DNA of 64,000 bases, from the sequence record LR745206.1; one strand, given 5' to 3'. Shown piece by piece: positions 19,075 through 28,449 of this stretch. Every line of letters starts with the position of its first letter. Position 1 is the stretch's first letter. The translations under genes and the position numbers were made by a program. The notes below the pieces were generated by a model. That model saw only the letters and a program-made list of their open reading frames with translations, was not told the origin of the DNA and searched no databases.

Positions 19075-19843
19075 ATGAAATATTTAAAAAAAATATCAGA
19101 GGAATTAAAAAGTAGTGTCTATAAATCTGCTGCTGATATCAAAAAAGAGAGTGGTTGATTTGGAAGAATGGTCTAATATAAAAGCAGATAAGGAAAAATT
19201 AGAAGAAAGAAAGGAACTAATTAAAAAAATTGGAACTATTGGAACTTTTAATATGAGTATGAATAATGAGTATGTTGGTGATTTTTATATAAATCTTTCT
19301 TTTGATAGTTGGCAACTTAATGATCATTATAGTAATTGGATTTCAGATGGTGTTGGTTCCGGTCTCTTCTTATACCTTAATATAGCTGTTTTACCATTGA
19401 ATTCAGATTTTGATTCGAGTGATTTTGCTAATTCTAATAATAAGAACACTGATGGTACCTATTGGATTGGTGAGATTGGATTACATTTAGGTAATTATCC
19501 TAGTGATGTGGATGTAGATGAAATGTATAATATATATGAAGAAGATAACCTTTCACCTAATTTACCACACCCGATAAACCCAAATGGTTATTTGGGTTTT
19601 GATTATTGGGAAAAACCCTTTCTATTCTCGGATAGAAGGAATGCTGCTAAGTTCAGAAAGGCTTTGATTGATATATTCAGAGGAAATGTTATTTATAAAG
19701 AAACTCCGGAGAATCCTGGTGGATTAAAAGGTGATGTTATGGATATTCTTTGCTCTGATCGACCAATATATACCATTGGTGAGTTTGAAGGATTTATAAA
19801 ATCATTAAGTAGAATAAATATTAATAGATTTTTTAAAGATTAA
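19075..19843 (+). pseudogene. paralog 3, frameshifted near codon 22-27
   Basis: MKYLKKISEELKSSVYKSAAD ends at TGA 19156-19158; homologous body (GDFYINLSF) continues in the +1 frame. Confidence 0.65.
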
Positions 19844-19856
19844 ACCTTATATTTGT

Positions 19857-20201
19857 ATGATAATTAAGAAATATATAAGATTTTTAGAATCAAATTGGAC
19901 ACCAGAGGATATACTAAAAGAGTTATCTTTGGATTTGAAAGATAATGGTCTACATGTTGATTTTCCAAATGATAATAAATTTGGTGGTAGATTCTATCTT
20001 AGTGTAGATGATACTGATAAAGTATTTTGTAAAAATTATCCAAGTGATGATATGGATTGGTTACATAATAAACCAATTATGTTGAAGTTCTATGATGAAT
20101 TATCCGACTTCGGATTCAATAGAGATATAGACTTTAAACTTTATGGTGGTGGAACTGGTGTTAATATAGTATTTGATGATAAGAAAGTAGTTAAATTGTA
20201 A
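19857..20201 (+). CDS. small tagged protein
   Basis: MIIKKYIRFLES; DILKELSLDLKDNG module. Confidence 0.65.
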   Translation: MIIKKYIRFLESNWTPEDILKELSLDLKDNGLHVDFPNDNKFGGRFYLSVDDTDKVFCKNYPSDDMDWLHNKPIMLKFYDELSDFGFNRDIDFKLYGGGTGVNIVFDDKKVVKL

Positions 20202-21373
20202 TGATATTAAAAAAATATAAAATGTTTTTAGAAAGTAGAGAGAGTGATATGTGGGATATTATTCCAAAGTCAGTTAAAGACTTACATAAACTTTTTCAAG
20301 CAAGTGGTAAGAAGTTATACCTTGTTGGTGGATCAGTGCGTGACTTCTTAACAAAGGATAAACCAAAAGATTTTGACTTAGCAACAGATGCTCTTCCTGA
20401 TGAAGTGTTAGAGATTGTTGGTGGTAAATATAGAACTAATCTACAAGGTAAAGCCTTTGGTGTTGTTGTAGTTTACACAAAAGAAATTCCAGAGGGAATG
20501 GAAATTGCAACTTTTAGAGAGGATATTTCTAAAGGTAGAAATCCTGAGGTTAAATTAGGAGTTACTATTGAAGATGATGTTAAACGTAGGGATATCACAT
20601 ATAACGCATTATTCTATGATTTGGATAAGAAAGAGATTATTGATTTAACTGGTGGTAGAACAGATCTAGAATCTGGTATTACTAGAATGGTTGGTGATCC
20701 AATGGAAAGATTTGATGAGGATTCACTTCGTATTCTTCGAGCATTTCGATTTGCTTCGAGATATGAACATCCACTACATAAAGATACAGAACGTGCAATA
20801 GAGAAGAGGAAACAACTAGAGAATGTTGATCCAGAGAGTGGTGAAATGAAAAGAATTTCACAAGAAAGAGTTTGGGAAGAAATGACTAAAGCTTGGAAAC
20901 AAGCTAAGGATTACAATTATTATTTAAACTTCTTTACTAAGTTTGGTATGTGGGATCAAGTATTCCCTGGTGCTGATATCAATACCAATTTGATAGATTC
21001 TAAAAACTTTGTCATTTTGATTGCTAATCTATTCAAGAATGAAAGTACTGATGGATTGGAAGAAAGACTAATACAGGAATATAAAATTGATGGTGATACT
21101 GTAACAAAAGTAATCTTTTTGATTAAGTTTTTGAAATTTACACCAGAGGTTGTATTTGATACTTATAAAAAGAAACAACAATGTGGTATTGACGATGCAA
21201 CTATTCTAGAATGGATAGATGTTAATAATATTACTGATGAATCATTTATTAAATTTGTTGAATATAAACCATCTGTCTCTGCTCAAGATTTGATGTCACA
21301 AGGTTTCAAAGGTGCTGAATTGGGTATAGAGATTAAAAGATTGGAGATAGAAAAATTCAAGAAAATACTATGA
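20201..21373 (+). CDS. cca: class II tRNA nucleotidyltransferase (CCA-adding / poly(A) polymerase family)
   Basis: VGGSVRD, KDFDLAT, EIATFR, EDDVKRRDITYNAL, EDSLRILRAFRF. Confidence 0.92.
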   Translation: MILKKYKMFLESRESDMWDIIPKSVKDLHKLFQASGKKLYLVGGSVRDFLTKDKPKDFDLATDALPDEVLEIVGGKYRTNLQGKAFGVVVVYTKEIPEGMEIATFREDISKGRNPEVKLGVTIEDDVKRRDITYNALFYDLDKKEIIDLTGGRTDLESGITRMVGDPMERFDEDSLRILRAFRFASRYEHPLHKDTERAIEKRKQLENVDPESGEMKRISQERVWEEMTKAWKQAKDYNYYLNFFTKFGMWDQVFPGADINTNLIDSKNFVILIANLFKNESTDGLEERLIQEYKIDGDTVTKVIFLIKFLKFTPEVVFDTYKKKQQCGIDDATILEWIDVNNITDESFIKFVEYKPSVSAQDLMSQGFKGAELGIEIKRLEIEKFKKIL

Positions 21374-22329
21374 GATTAAAAAAATATAATCAATTTATAA
21401 AAGAATCTCTTGGTATTAGATTGGATCATGAGGGTAAGCCAAGATGCACCGCTTTTGATGGTGGCGTCGAACATGGTGATATTGATTATACTGAGGTAGA
21501 AAATCTAAAGCCTAATGTTATAGATGAATTTATTGAAGAGATAAAAAGATGTATTGAGATTAATCATGAGGTTTTAGCTACTGATTTATCAAGTAGGATA
21601 GACACTGCTATTAATAAGGTTTTTGGTAGTGATATTAAATGGTATTTCAAACCGGTTGATACAGAAAAAGATTCAAGTAAGTTTTCATTTCATTATGATG
21701 ATTTATCATTAGCTTTGGCTAAGTTGATTAACCTAGGGTACTCAATAGGATATGTAACTCAAAAATACTCCACTGATAGAAGTTGGAACTTTTCAAATTT
21801 TTTTGGTTATGATGGTGAAATATACACAAGTGAAAAGGATTTTAAGAAAATATCTTCCAATCCAATAGACTATCATGGACCAGATATATCACACCATTGT
21901 ATATTAGCTAGTTCATTTGATATAAAAACCTCATTATCAGAGGAACATATTACTTATGGTATAGAGGACCAAGGTAGGAGTGAAATATCTGTTATATTCC
22001 CAAAAGCATTTGGATATGGTTATGATGCTGGTGCTAAAATGGTTGACCTCGAAAGAGATTTATATTATGAGAAAATAGGAACAACTTATGATAGATATCA
22101 TAACTTGATGATGAATGATGATAGAACTACGGAAGAAGAAAAGGAGTATGTAGATATACAACGTAAAGAAGATGTCATTAGATATGGTGAGGAACATGTT
22201 AAGAAGAGAGAACAAGAAAGAAAGGATTTTGATGCCTTACCGAAAGAAGAACAAGAAAGAAGAAGGAAAATTAATAAAGAAAAAATGGCTGAATTTCTCA
22301 AAGATTTAGACCTTGATGGGATTTTATAA
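21370..22329 (+). CDS. tagged hypothetical protein
   Basis: MRLKKYNQFIKES; charged C-terminus. Confidence 0.65.
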   Translation: MRLKKYNQFIKESLGIRLDHEGKPRCTAFDGGVEHGDIDYTEVENLKPNVIDEFIEEIKRCIEINHEVLATDLSSRIDTAINKVFGSDIKWYFKPVDTEKDSSKFSFHYDDLSLALAKLINLGYSIGYVTQKYSTDRSWNFSNFFGYDGEIYTSEKDFKKISSNPIDYHGPDISHHCILASSFDIKTSLSEEHITYGIEDQGRSEISVIFPKAFGYGYDAGAKMVDLERDLYYEKIGTTYDRYHNLMMNDDRTTEEEKEYVDIQRKEDVIRYGEEHVKKREQERKDFDALPKEEQERRRKINKEKMAEFLKDLDLDGIL

Positions 22330-22361
22330 TAAATACATTTTATTTTACAATATATAGTCAT

Positions 22362-23102
22362 ATGATAAATTTCGTAACACACATAAAGGATACGATTGGT
22401 AATAACTACCTTGGTATAAAAATGGAGAAAGGATTAGTCGATAAGTTTCTTAATGAATTAGAAGAAATTATTGGTGATGATTTCGAAACATTTACACAAA
22501 ATCAACAAAATAGAGATCATGGATCATATCACATAACTGTTATTAATGTGATGGATTATAATAGATTATCCAAAGAAATGGGTATTGATAAATTTGTTAA
22601 TTCGTTAGATCCTATTATGAAATACCCAATAGATGATTTGAAAATGATGGGTATTGGTACGGCTGAGAAAAATGGTAATCGTGCTTATTTTATCGTCTGT
22701 CAAAGTGATAAACTGGACGCTGCTAGAGATAGATATGGTCTACCTAAACAAGACTTTCACACAACACTTGGATTCAAACATAAAGATGTTTTTGGTGTTA
22801 GAAAAAATGAGGTGTTGAAAAAAGAAGGAAAGTTTTTAAAACTTTTGAAGCAAGAATTTTATAAGAATGACAATTGGCAATTTGTGAAAAGAATTGAAAA
22901 TTTTGATTTAGATCCTAAATCTGAAATTATACCTATATCCATATCAACATCCTACTTAAAAATTAAATGTGATGGATACTATTTAGATATTGGTTATATG
23001 GAAGAGGGTGAGAAGTTTTGGGTGATGACAAAGTACCCAATTGATGAAGAGTTACCAAGAATGTCAGAAACAGAAATTGCTAAAATTTTAAATAAAAAAT
23101 AG
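22362..23102 (+). CDS. 2H phosphoesterase superfamily protein
   Basis: Two HxT motifs: YHITVI and DFHTTLGF. Confidence 0.8.
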   Translation: MINFVTHIKDTIGNNYLGIKMEKGLVDKFLNELEEIIGDDFETFTQNQQNRDHGSYHITVINVMDYNRLSKEMGIDKFVNSLDPIMKYPIDDLKMMGIGTAEKNGNRAYFIVCQSDKLDAARDRYGLPKQDFHTTLGFKHKDVFGVRKNEVLKKEGKFLKLLKQEFYKNDNWQFVKRIENFDLDPKSEIIPISISTSYLKIKCDGYYLDIGYMEEGEKFWVMTKYPIDEELPRMSETEIAKILNKK

Positions 23103-23106
23103 AATT

Positions 23107-23382
23107 ATGAAAATGGAATTATCAAAAGATTATTATAGTCTAGATGAATGTTCGGATAGAAATACCGTAATAAAAAGATTGGATAAACTAGAAAACGAAG
23201 GAAAAATATATTATGATATAGATGTTGATATGTTGGAGATTGAGGATCTCGATATGGATGACCAGGATATAGAAGATTTGGAAGATCTTCTTGATAGTTG
23301 TGATGTTTTTCCTTATCTTGAAAGAGATGGTGAGGATGAAGAATATGATGATTTGTATGATGATGAAGATGATGATTTTTAA
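23107..23382 (+). CDS. very acidic small protein
   Basis: D/E-rich 91-aa ORF. Confidence 0.6.
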   Translation: MKMELSKDYYSLDECSDRNTVIKRLDKLENEGKIYYDIDVDMLEIEDLDMDDQDIEDLEDLLDSCDVFPYLERDGEDEEYDDLYDDEDDDF

Positions 23383-23391
23383 ATAAATATT

Positions 23392-23970
23392 ATGATAAGA
23401 GTTGGTATCACTGGTGAAATGGGAAGCGGTAAAAGCTTTTGTTCAAAACTATTTGGACAATTGGGTATTCCAGTTTTTAACTCAGATGATGTTGCTAGAA
23501 CAATTGTCAATTCAAATTTAAGTCTAAAAGAAGAAATCAAAAAAGAATTTGGTGAAGTTTATGATGATAAAGGTATAATGATACCTTCGTCAATAAGAAG
23601 TATTGTCTTTGTCAAAGGTGCTGAAGATAGATTAAAGAAATTAAATAGTTTAATACACCCATATGTATTTAATAATTTCAATGAATTCTGTTTACTTAAA
23701 AAGAGTAGTCCTTATATAATAGCTGAATCCGCAATACTATTTGAATCTGGAATGGATAAGATAATGGATAAGATAATATATGTATCTACTGATTTGGAAT
23801 TAAGAATAAAAAGAACATTTGATAGAAGTGGATTCTCAGAAGAAGAATATAATCAACGAATGAAAGATCAAATACCCAATAAAGAGAAAATATCTGATTA
23901 TATAATCTATAATAATATAGGAGATAATGTTGAAGAACAAGTTATGTTAATTCATAAATCTATGATTTAG
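23392..23970 (+). CDS. coaE: dephospho-CoA kinase
   Basis: VGITGEMGSGKS, LNSLIHP, ESAILFE, RMKDQ. Confidence 0.9.
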   Translation: MIRVGITGEMGSGKSFCSKLFGQLGIPVFNSDDVARTIVNSNLSLKEEIKKEFGEVYDDKGIMIPSSIRSIVFVKGAEDRLKKLNSLIHPYVFNNFNEFCLLKKSSPYIIAESAILFESGMDKIMDKIIYVSTDLELRIKRTFDRSGFSEEEYNQRMKDQIPNKEKISDYIIYNNIGDNVEEQVMLIHKSMI

Positions 23971-23987
23971 TTTTAATATATACTAAT

Positions 23988-24356
23988 ATGAAGAAGTTCA
24001 GTGATATAACAAATAAGGAAAGTTCAATAGAATTTAAAAAGGATAAACCAGCTGATTTATCTAATGATATCCAAAATCTGGATGATCAAATACTAGATCA
24101 AGTAAAAACTACTATACTTGATGGTGATTGGGAAATCGTTAATGTTATAGATGTTTCAACTAATAAACCTACAAATGAGGCTATTATAATTAATGCTGAA
24201 TTAGGTGATAAGCAAATCAAAAGAGGTGAATTTCTTTATGTAACAGCTCTTATCAATAAAAAGGGTAGACCATATCACCAAAGTCAAATGGGTGTTGTAA
24301 AGGTAAGAGTTGTTGAAATATACAATACATTATTGGTACTAAACACATTAAGATAA
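23988..24356 (+). CDS. tagged hypothetical protein
   Basis: MKKFSDI; TAATATATA 5 nt upstream. Confidence 0.65.
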   Translation: MKKFSDITNKESSIEFKKDKPADLSNDIQNLDDQILDQVKTTILDGDWEIVNVIDVSTNKPTNEAIIINAELGDKQIKRGEFLYVTALINKKGRPYHQSQMGVVKVRVVEIYNTLLVLNTLR

Positions 24357-24359
24357 TCT

Positions 24360-24680
24360 ATGAAATACTTAAAAGCTATTGAAAATTTTAATCCAAAATT
24401 TAAAGAACCAAAATACACAAGTGGTCCTAATATTGGATTAGATATACGTGATAGACATGGTGTTAAAATGATTGATAATATGATATCAAAAAAACAAGGT
24501 GTTATAGATGGTGATAATATTTTGTGGAAATATGTAAACGATCAATGGGTTGGTAAAAGATATGTTATGACTACTAAACACAGACATATTTGGTTAAGTG
24601 AACTACGTCCCGGGGAAGAAATAAAATCTTGGGTATCTGGTGAAAATGCTGACTATGAAGAAGTATTTAATGATAATTAA
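24360..24680 (+). CDS. tagged hypothetical protein
   Basis: MKYLKAIENF. Confidence 0.65.
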   Translation: MKYLKAIENFNPKFKEPKYTSGPNIGLDIRDRHGVKMIDNMISKKQGVIDGDNILWKYVNDQWVGKRYVMTTKHRHIWLSELRPGEEIKSWVSGENADYEEVFNDN

Positions 24681-24682
24681 AT

Positions 24683-25135
24683 ATGAAACATATAAAAACC
24701 TTTAATCAAAAGTATCATACTGAAAGTTATCCAGAAAATTGGAAGGATATCAAAAAAGAATTGGATGAAAAGTCTTATTACTTAGATTATCCTGAGTTAA
24801 TATATGCTTTTGCTGATTTAATCGATGAAGAAGTTATAAAAATAGAAGATATCACTAAACTATATAAATATCAAAAATCATCTAAAACAAATAGTGGAGT
24901 AACGAAAGATGCTTATTATGGTGTGATAGTATATGATATCAAAATCAAAATATTAGATAAATCTAGAGTAGATGAATATATCAATTATAGGTCTAAAGAA
25001 GCTTATTTCCTATTTCGAGAATATTATGGTTATACCATTTTGAATGGTCACACACTTGATTACTTTACTAAATGGTATACAGATAGAGATATTGATGAAT
25101 TTAATCTTTATTCTAAAGCGGTTTGGGTTGATTAA
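24683..25135 (+). CDS. tagged hypothetical protein
   Basis: MKHIKTFNQ. Confidence 0.65.
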   Translation: MKHIKTFNQKYHTESYPENWKDIKKELDEKSYYLDYPELIYAFADLIDEEVIKIEDITKLYKYQKSSKTNSGVTKDAYYGVIVYDIKIKILDKSRVDEYINYRSKEAYFLFREYYGYTILNGHTLDYFTKWYTDRDIDEFNLYSKAVWVD

Positions 25136-25520
25136 AATATCCACTTCGTTTACCCCACTTATCAATTTTAATAATACAGAAGTTATCACCTCCACTTTTT
25201 GATCTCCAACCCAACCCATATGATTTTAAACTATCGATAAAATCATCTATTATGTGGTTATTAGTTAGATTGTTATCTAATATATTATTATCATCAGTTA
25301 TTTTTATTATAATATAATTTTTATACTCATTGGAATATCTGGTGTTTGTGTGTATTGTTATTCTAGGATCTCTTAATAAATGTGTATGATTACCATTAAC
25401 AATTTCAACTTGTAATCCAATATCTTCAAGTTCTAGTGAAAGGTCCTTTAAAACTTGAATTTTTTTATCAACTAAGGTTTCCTTCCTTTCGAATATTTCA
25501 TATGATAATATATTAATCAT
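25113..25520 (-). CDS. tagged hypothetical protein
   Basis: Restarted at MINILSYEIFE (ATG 25520), AATATATA upstream. Confidence 0.6.
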   Translation of the reverse strand: MINILSYEIFERKETLVDKKIQVLKDLSLELEDIGLQVEIVNGNHTHLLRDPRITIHTNTRYSNEYKNYIIIKITDDNNILDNNLTNNHIIDDFIDSLKSYGLGWRSKSGGDNFCIIKIDKWGKRSGYFNQPKPL

Positions 25521-25560
25521 AAAGATATATATTTTATTAAATTTTTGTATATTTGTATTA

Positions 25561-25791
25561 ATGAAGATTAATGACAAACTTATACAAGAAGGATTCACTG
25601 AATCTATATTAGAATTCTATCACAGTAGAACCAAACAAGGTGATACTGTTATTAAGAGTGCTTTTTTATTTGGTAAAAAAGAAGATAATCATATTGTTAA
25701 AGTTGAATTGGTTACTGGTAGAGTGGTTTGTTATGAAATGAATCTAGCTAATATCAGACAGAAAAAAATAAATTTATTTCTTTCTAGATAA
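25561..25791 (+). CDS. hypothetical protein with RxxK motif
   Basis: TATATTTG 25548-25555; ends IRQKKINLFLSR. Confidence 0.6.
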   Translation: MKINDKLIQEGFTESILEFYHSRTKQGDTVIKSAFLFGKKEDNHIVKVELVTGRVVCYEMNLANIRQKKINLFLSR

Positions 25792-25890
25792 TTTGTATTT
25801 ATATTAAATTATGATTATATTTGTTGTGTGAATGGGAACGATTCAGATACAAATATTCACAGAAATTAAATCAAAAAACATTGAAAAAGA

Positions 25891-25922
25891 TTTGGTAAAA
25901 CAATGAATGTTCCTTATCTTTG
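25891..25922 (+). promoter_or_regulatory. full Bacteroidota consensus promoter (TTTG-N20-TAnnTTTG)
   Basis: TTTG 25891-25894 and TATCTTTG 25915-25922. Confidence 0.7.
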
Positions 25923-25973
25923 TAAGACAAGAAAGTTAAATAATTAATCACTACATAAAAACTAAAAAAAACT

Positions 25974-26591
25974 ATGGCAAATTTATTCTCAAAAGCAAAA
26001 AAAGTAGCACCGAAAACGGCAAAAGCTAAAGACCAAAAAGTTCGTATCTCTATTACAGATTCAACTTTTTTCGATAAAGTACAAAAATTAGAGTCTCTAC
26101 AAGATTCTATGAAAACTGCTAAGGCGAAAGCGGATATGATATCTGACGAACTTCGTGACCTTGGTAAAACTGAGTGGGCAAAACTTTATGACCAAACAGG
26201 TAAAAACCCAGGATCGGTTATGTTAGAGCAAATCAACGCTGATGATGTGGCACAACTTATGTTCGTACCAACTGATAAATACATCACTATCACTGAGGAG
26301 AGAGCAGAAGAGCTTCGTGAGACTTACGGTGAAGAAATCGTTAGTGAAGATACTACATTCTCTTTTGATTCTGTTATGATTGAGAAATACGGAGAGATCC
26401 TTTCTCGTCTAATCGAAGAGTCTAGTGAAATCACTGAGTCTGATAAAGAAAGAATAATCAAAGCAACTACTAAATTCTCTGTAGCGAAAGGTACAATTGA
26501 CAACTTCAAAACCTATGGTGATGTTGAAGAAGTTATGGAGTCTGTAAAACCAGTAGTAGCACTTAAAAACATTGAAGTTATCAAAGGATAA
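25974..26591 (+). CDS. hypothetical protein, probably highly expressed
   Basis: 205-aa ORF with own promoter and terminator; frequent TTC/ATC/CGT codons. Confidence 0.75.
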   Translation: MANLFSKAKKVAPKTAKAKDQKVRISITDSTFFDKVQKLESLQDSMKTAKAKADMISDELRDLGKTEWAKLYDQTGKNPGSVMLEQINADDVAQLMFVPTDKYITITEERAEELRETYGEEIVSEDTTFSFDSVMIEKYGEILSRLIEESSEITESDKERIIKATTKFSVAKGTIDNFKTYGDVEEVMESVKPVVALKNIEVIKG

Positions 26592-26599
26592 TATAATAT

Positions 26600-26626
26600 A
26601 GTTGTGGGTTTATCCCACAACTTTTT
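26600..26626 (+). terminator. intrinsic terminator
   Basis: AGTTGTGGG-TTTAT-CCCACAACT-TTTT. Confidence 0.75.
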
Positions 26627-26650
26627 GCATTGGTGTCGGTATAAGACATT

Positions 26651-26724
26651 GGTCTTTTAGCTCAGTCGGTTAGAGCGCCTCGCTCATAACGAGGATGTCG
26701 TAGGTTCGAGCCCTACAAAGACCA
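26651..26724 (+). tRNA. tRNA with CAT anticodon (Ile2 or elongator Met)
   Basis: Cloverleaf GGTCTTT/AAAGACC, CCTCG-CTCATAA-CGAGG, TTCGA loop; G1-C72 so not initiator; followed by CAA rather than CCA. Confidence 0.93.
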
Positions 26725-26737
26725 CAAAATTGAAAAA

Positions 26738-26923
26738 ATGGATAAGAAAACAGACCCACAAATTGTTTTAGATTTAACTAATCAGTTTGGAAATGACCAA
26801 GATTTGGGTAAAGCATATCGTAAACTTATATTATCTTATAAAGGTTCGTTAGATGAATTTTGTAAGAAATATCCTAATGATTTTGAATTAGGAACATTTT
26901 TAAGAAAAAAAGTGAGAAAATAA
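26738..26923 (+). CDS. hypothetical protein with internal duplication
   Basis: Repeated NDQDLGKAYRK / NDFELGTFLRK. Confidence 0.6.
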   Translation: MDKKTDPQIVLDLTNQFGNDQDLGKAYRKLILSYKGSLDEFCKKYPNDFELGTFLRKKVRK

Positions 26924-26979
26924 TTAGGTAGATTAAAATAATTAATAGTATATTTGTAAAAATAAATAAAAAGAAAAAT

Positions 26980-28101
26980 ATGTCAAAACAATTAAGTCCA
27001 GAATTCCAAGAGAAATTAAATCTCTTAACACCTAAAGAAAGAAAGTATTTTGCTGTTATGTGGGCGAAGTATGGAGTTCTTAACATTACCTCTAAACCAG
27101 GAGTTGCTAAGTCAGCAATTGGTCGTTCTATCGCAGATAAAATGGGATTCCGTTACATGGATATTCGTTTATCAATGGTTGATGAAACTGATGTTGGTTT
27201 ATACCCAAATGTATCTGAGATCGAGGTTGATGGTAAGAATGTTAAATGTTTGGACTTCGTTGTTCCACGTTGGGCAATTGAGGCTAATAAACAACCTACG
27301 ATAATTCACTTTGAAGAGTTGAACAGAGCTTCACAACAAGTTCGTAACGCGGCTCTACAAATCTTACTTGAGCGTCAAATCGGAACTGAATTCAATTTCA
27401 ATGAAAATGTTCTTATGATGTCTTCTGGTAACCTTGGAGACGAAGATGGAACTGATGTTGAAGAGTTCGATTCAGCACTTAATAACCGTCTTGTCCACCT
27501 TAATCACGTTCTTAGTGTTGAAGAATGGTTAAAAGATTACGCTGAAGAAAATGTTCACCGTTTGATTACATCATTTATTAAGGCTCACCCAGAGCAAATG
27601 TATAAAACTACTGAGAATGCTAAGGCATATGCTACACCACGTTCTTGGACTATGATGTCTGAGTTCATTGTGACAAACTTTGGTAAAGACGCATCTCCTC
27701 GTGATTTCCTTCCACTTTTGAAAGAAGTTGCAACAGGATATATCGGAAACTCTTCTATGAAGTTTATCCAATATTGTGAAGATATGTTGAACATTTCTAT
27801 CAATGATGTCCTTAACAACTATGATGGTATTAAGAAAGATTTGGCGAAATACAACCGTGATAAAAACTCTGAATTGATTCAATCATTGAAAGAGATTGAT
27901 GTCACTAAGTTAAAAGAAAACCAACTTAAAAACATTGTTAAATTCTTAGCAAATGTTGGTGATGATGAAAAAACAGCATATTTACTATTCATCTTGGATA
28001 ACGTAGCTGATGTTACTAATCCGAAATTGAAAACCTTCCTTTTGGAGTTTGAAGATTTATTGAGAACTATCAAGAAAATAAACAAACCAGGTAGTAAGTA
28101 A
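26980..28101 (+). CDS. MoxR-type AAA+ ATPase
   Basis: SKPGVAKS Walker A, IHFEELNRA Walker B, ALNNRL, ATPRSW. Confidence 0.88.
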   Translation: MSKQLSPEFQEKLNLLTPKERKYFAVMWAKYGVLNITSKPGVAKSAIGRSIADKMGFRYMDIRLSMVDETDVGLYPNVSEIEVDGKNVKCLDFVVPRWAIEANKQPTIIHFEELNRASQQVRNAALQILLERQIGTEFNFNENVLMMSSGNLGDEDGTDVEEFDSALNNRLVHLNHVLSVEEWLKDYAEENVHRLITSFIKAHPEQMYKTTENAKAYATPRSWTMMSEFIVTNFGKDASPRDFLPLLKEVATGYIGNSSMKFIQYCEDMLNISINDVLNNYDGIKKDLAKYNRDKNSELIQSLKEIDVTKLKENQLKNIVKFLANVGDDEKTAYLLFILDNVADVTNPKLKTFLLEFEDLLRTIKKINKPGSK

Positions 28102-28147
28102 TAAGATATATCTGACAAAGGTGTTCTTGGCTTCACCTAATCAGATC

Positions 28148-28180
28148 AAAAGGGGGTATCTTTGATACCCCCTTTTTTTT
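28148..28180 (+). terminator. intrinsic terminator
   Basis: AAAAGGGGGTATC-TTT-GATACCCCCTTTT. Confidence 0.8.
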
Positions 28181-28215
28181 GTAAAACCAAAAGAATAAAA
28201 AATGATATATAAATA

Positions 28216-28449
28216 ATGAATGTTGAAATACAAATAGTACTAACTAATAATTTTGGTGAATTCATCGGTAAAAAAGCAACACTTGATGAATCACAATACA
28301 GTAACCTATTATCAATGTGTAAGTCTTTTTACAGTGATGGTGGGTTTGAGTTAACATTAGAAGATGGAACATTTGTGATTTTTCCTCCAGAGATAGTCCG
28401 ACAATCTATTTTACAAGTAAAAAAAATAATAAAAGAAGAAGATGTTTAA
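28216..28449 (+). CDS. hypothetical protein
   Basis: 77-aa ORF, GATATATA 4 nt upstream. Confidence 0.6.
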   Translation: MNVEIQIVLTNNFGEFIGKKATLDESQYSNLLSMCKSFYSDGGFELTLEDGTFVIFPPEIVRQSILQVKKIIKEEDV

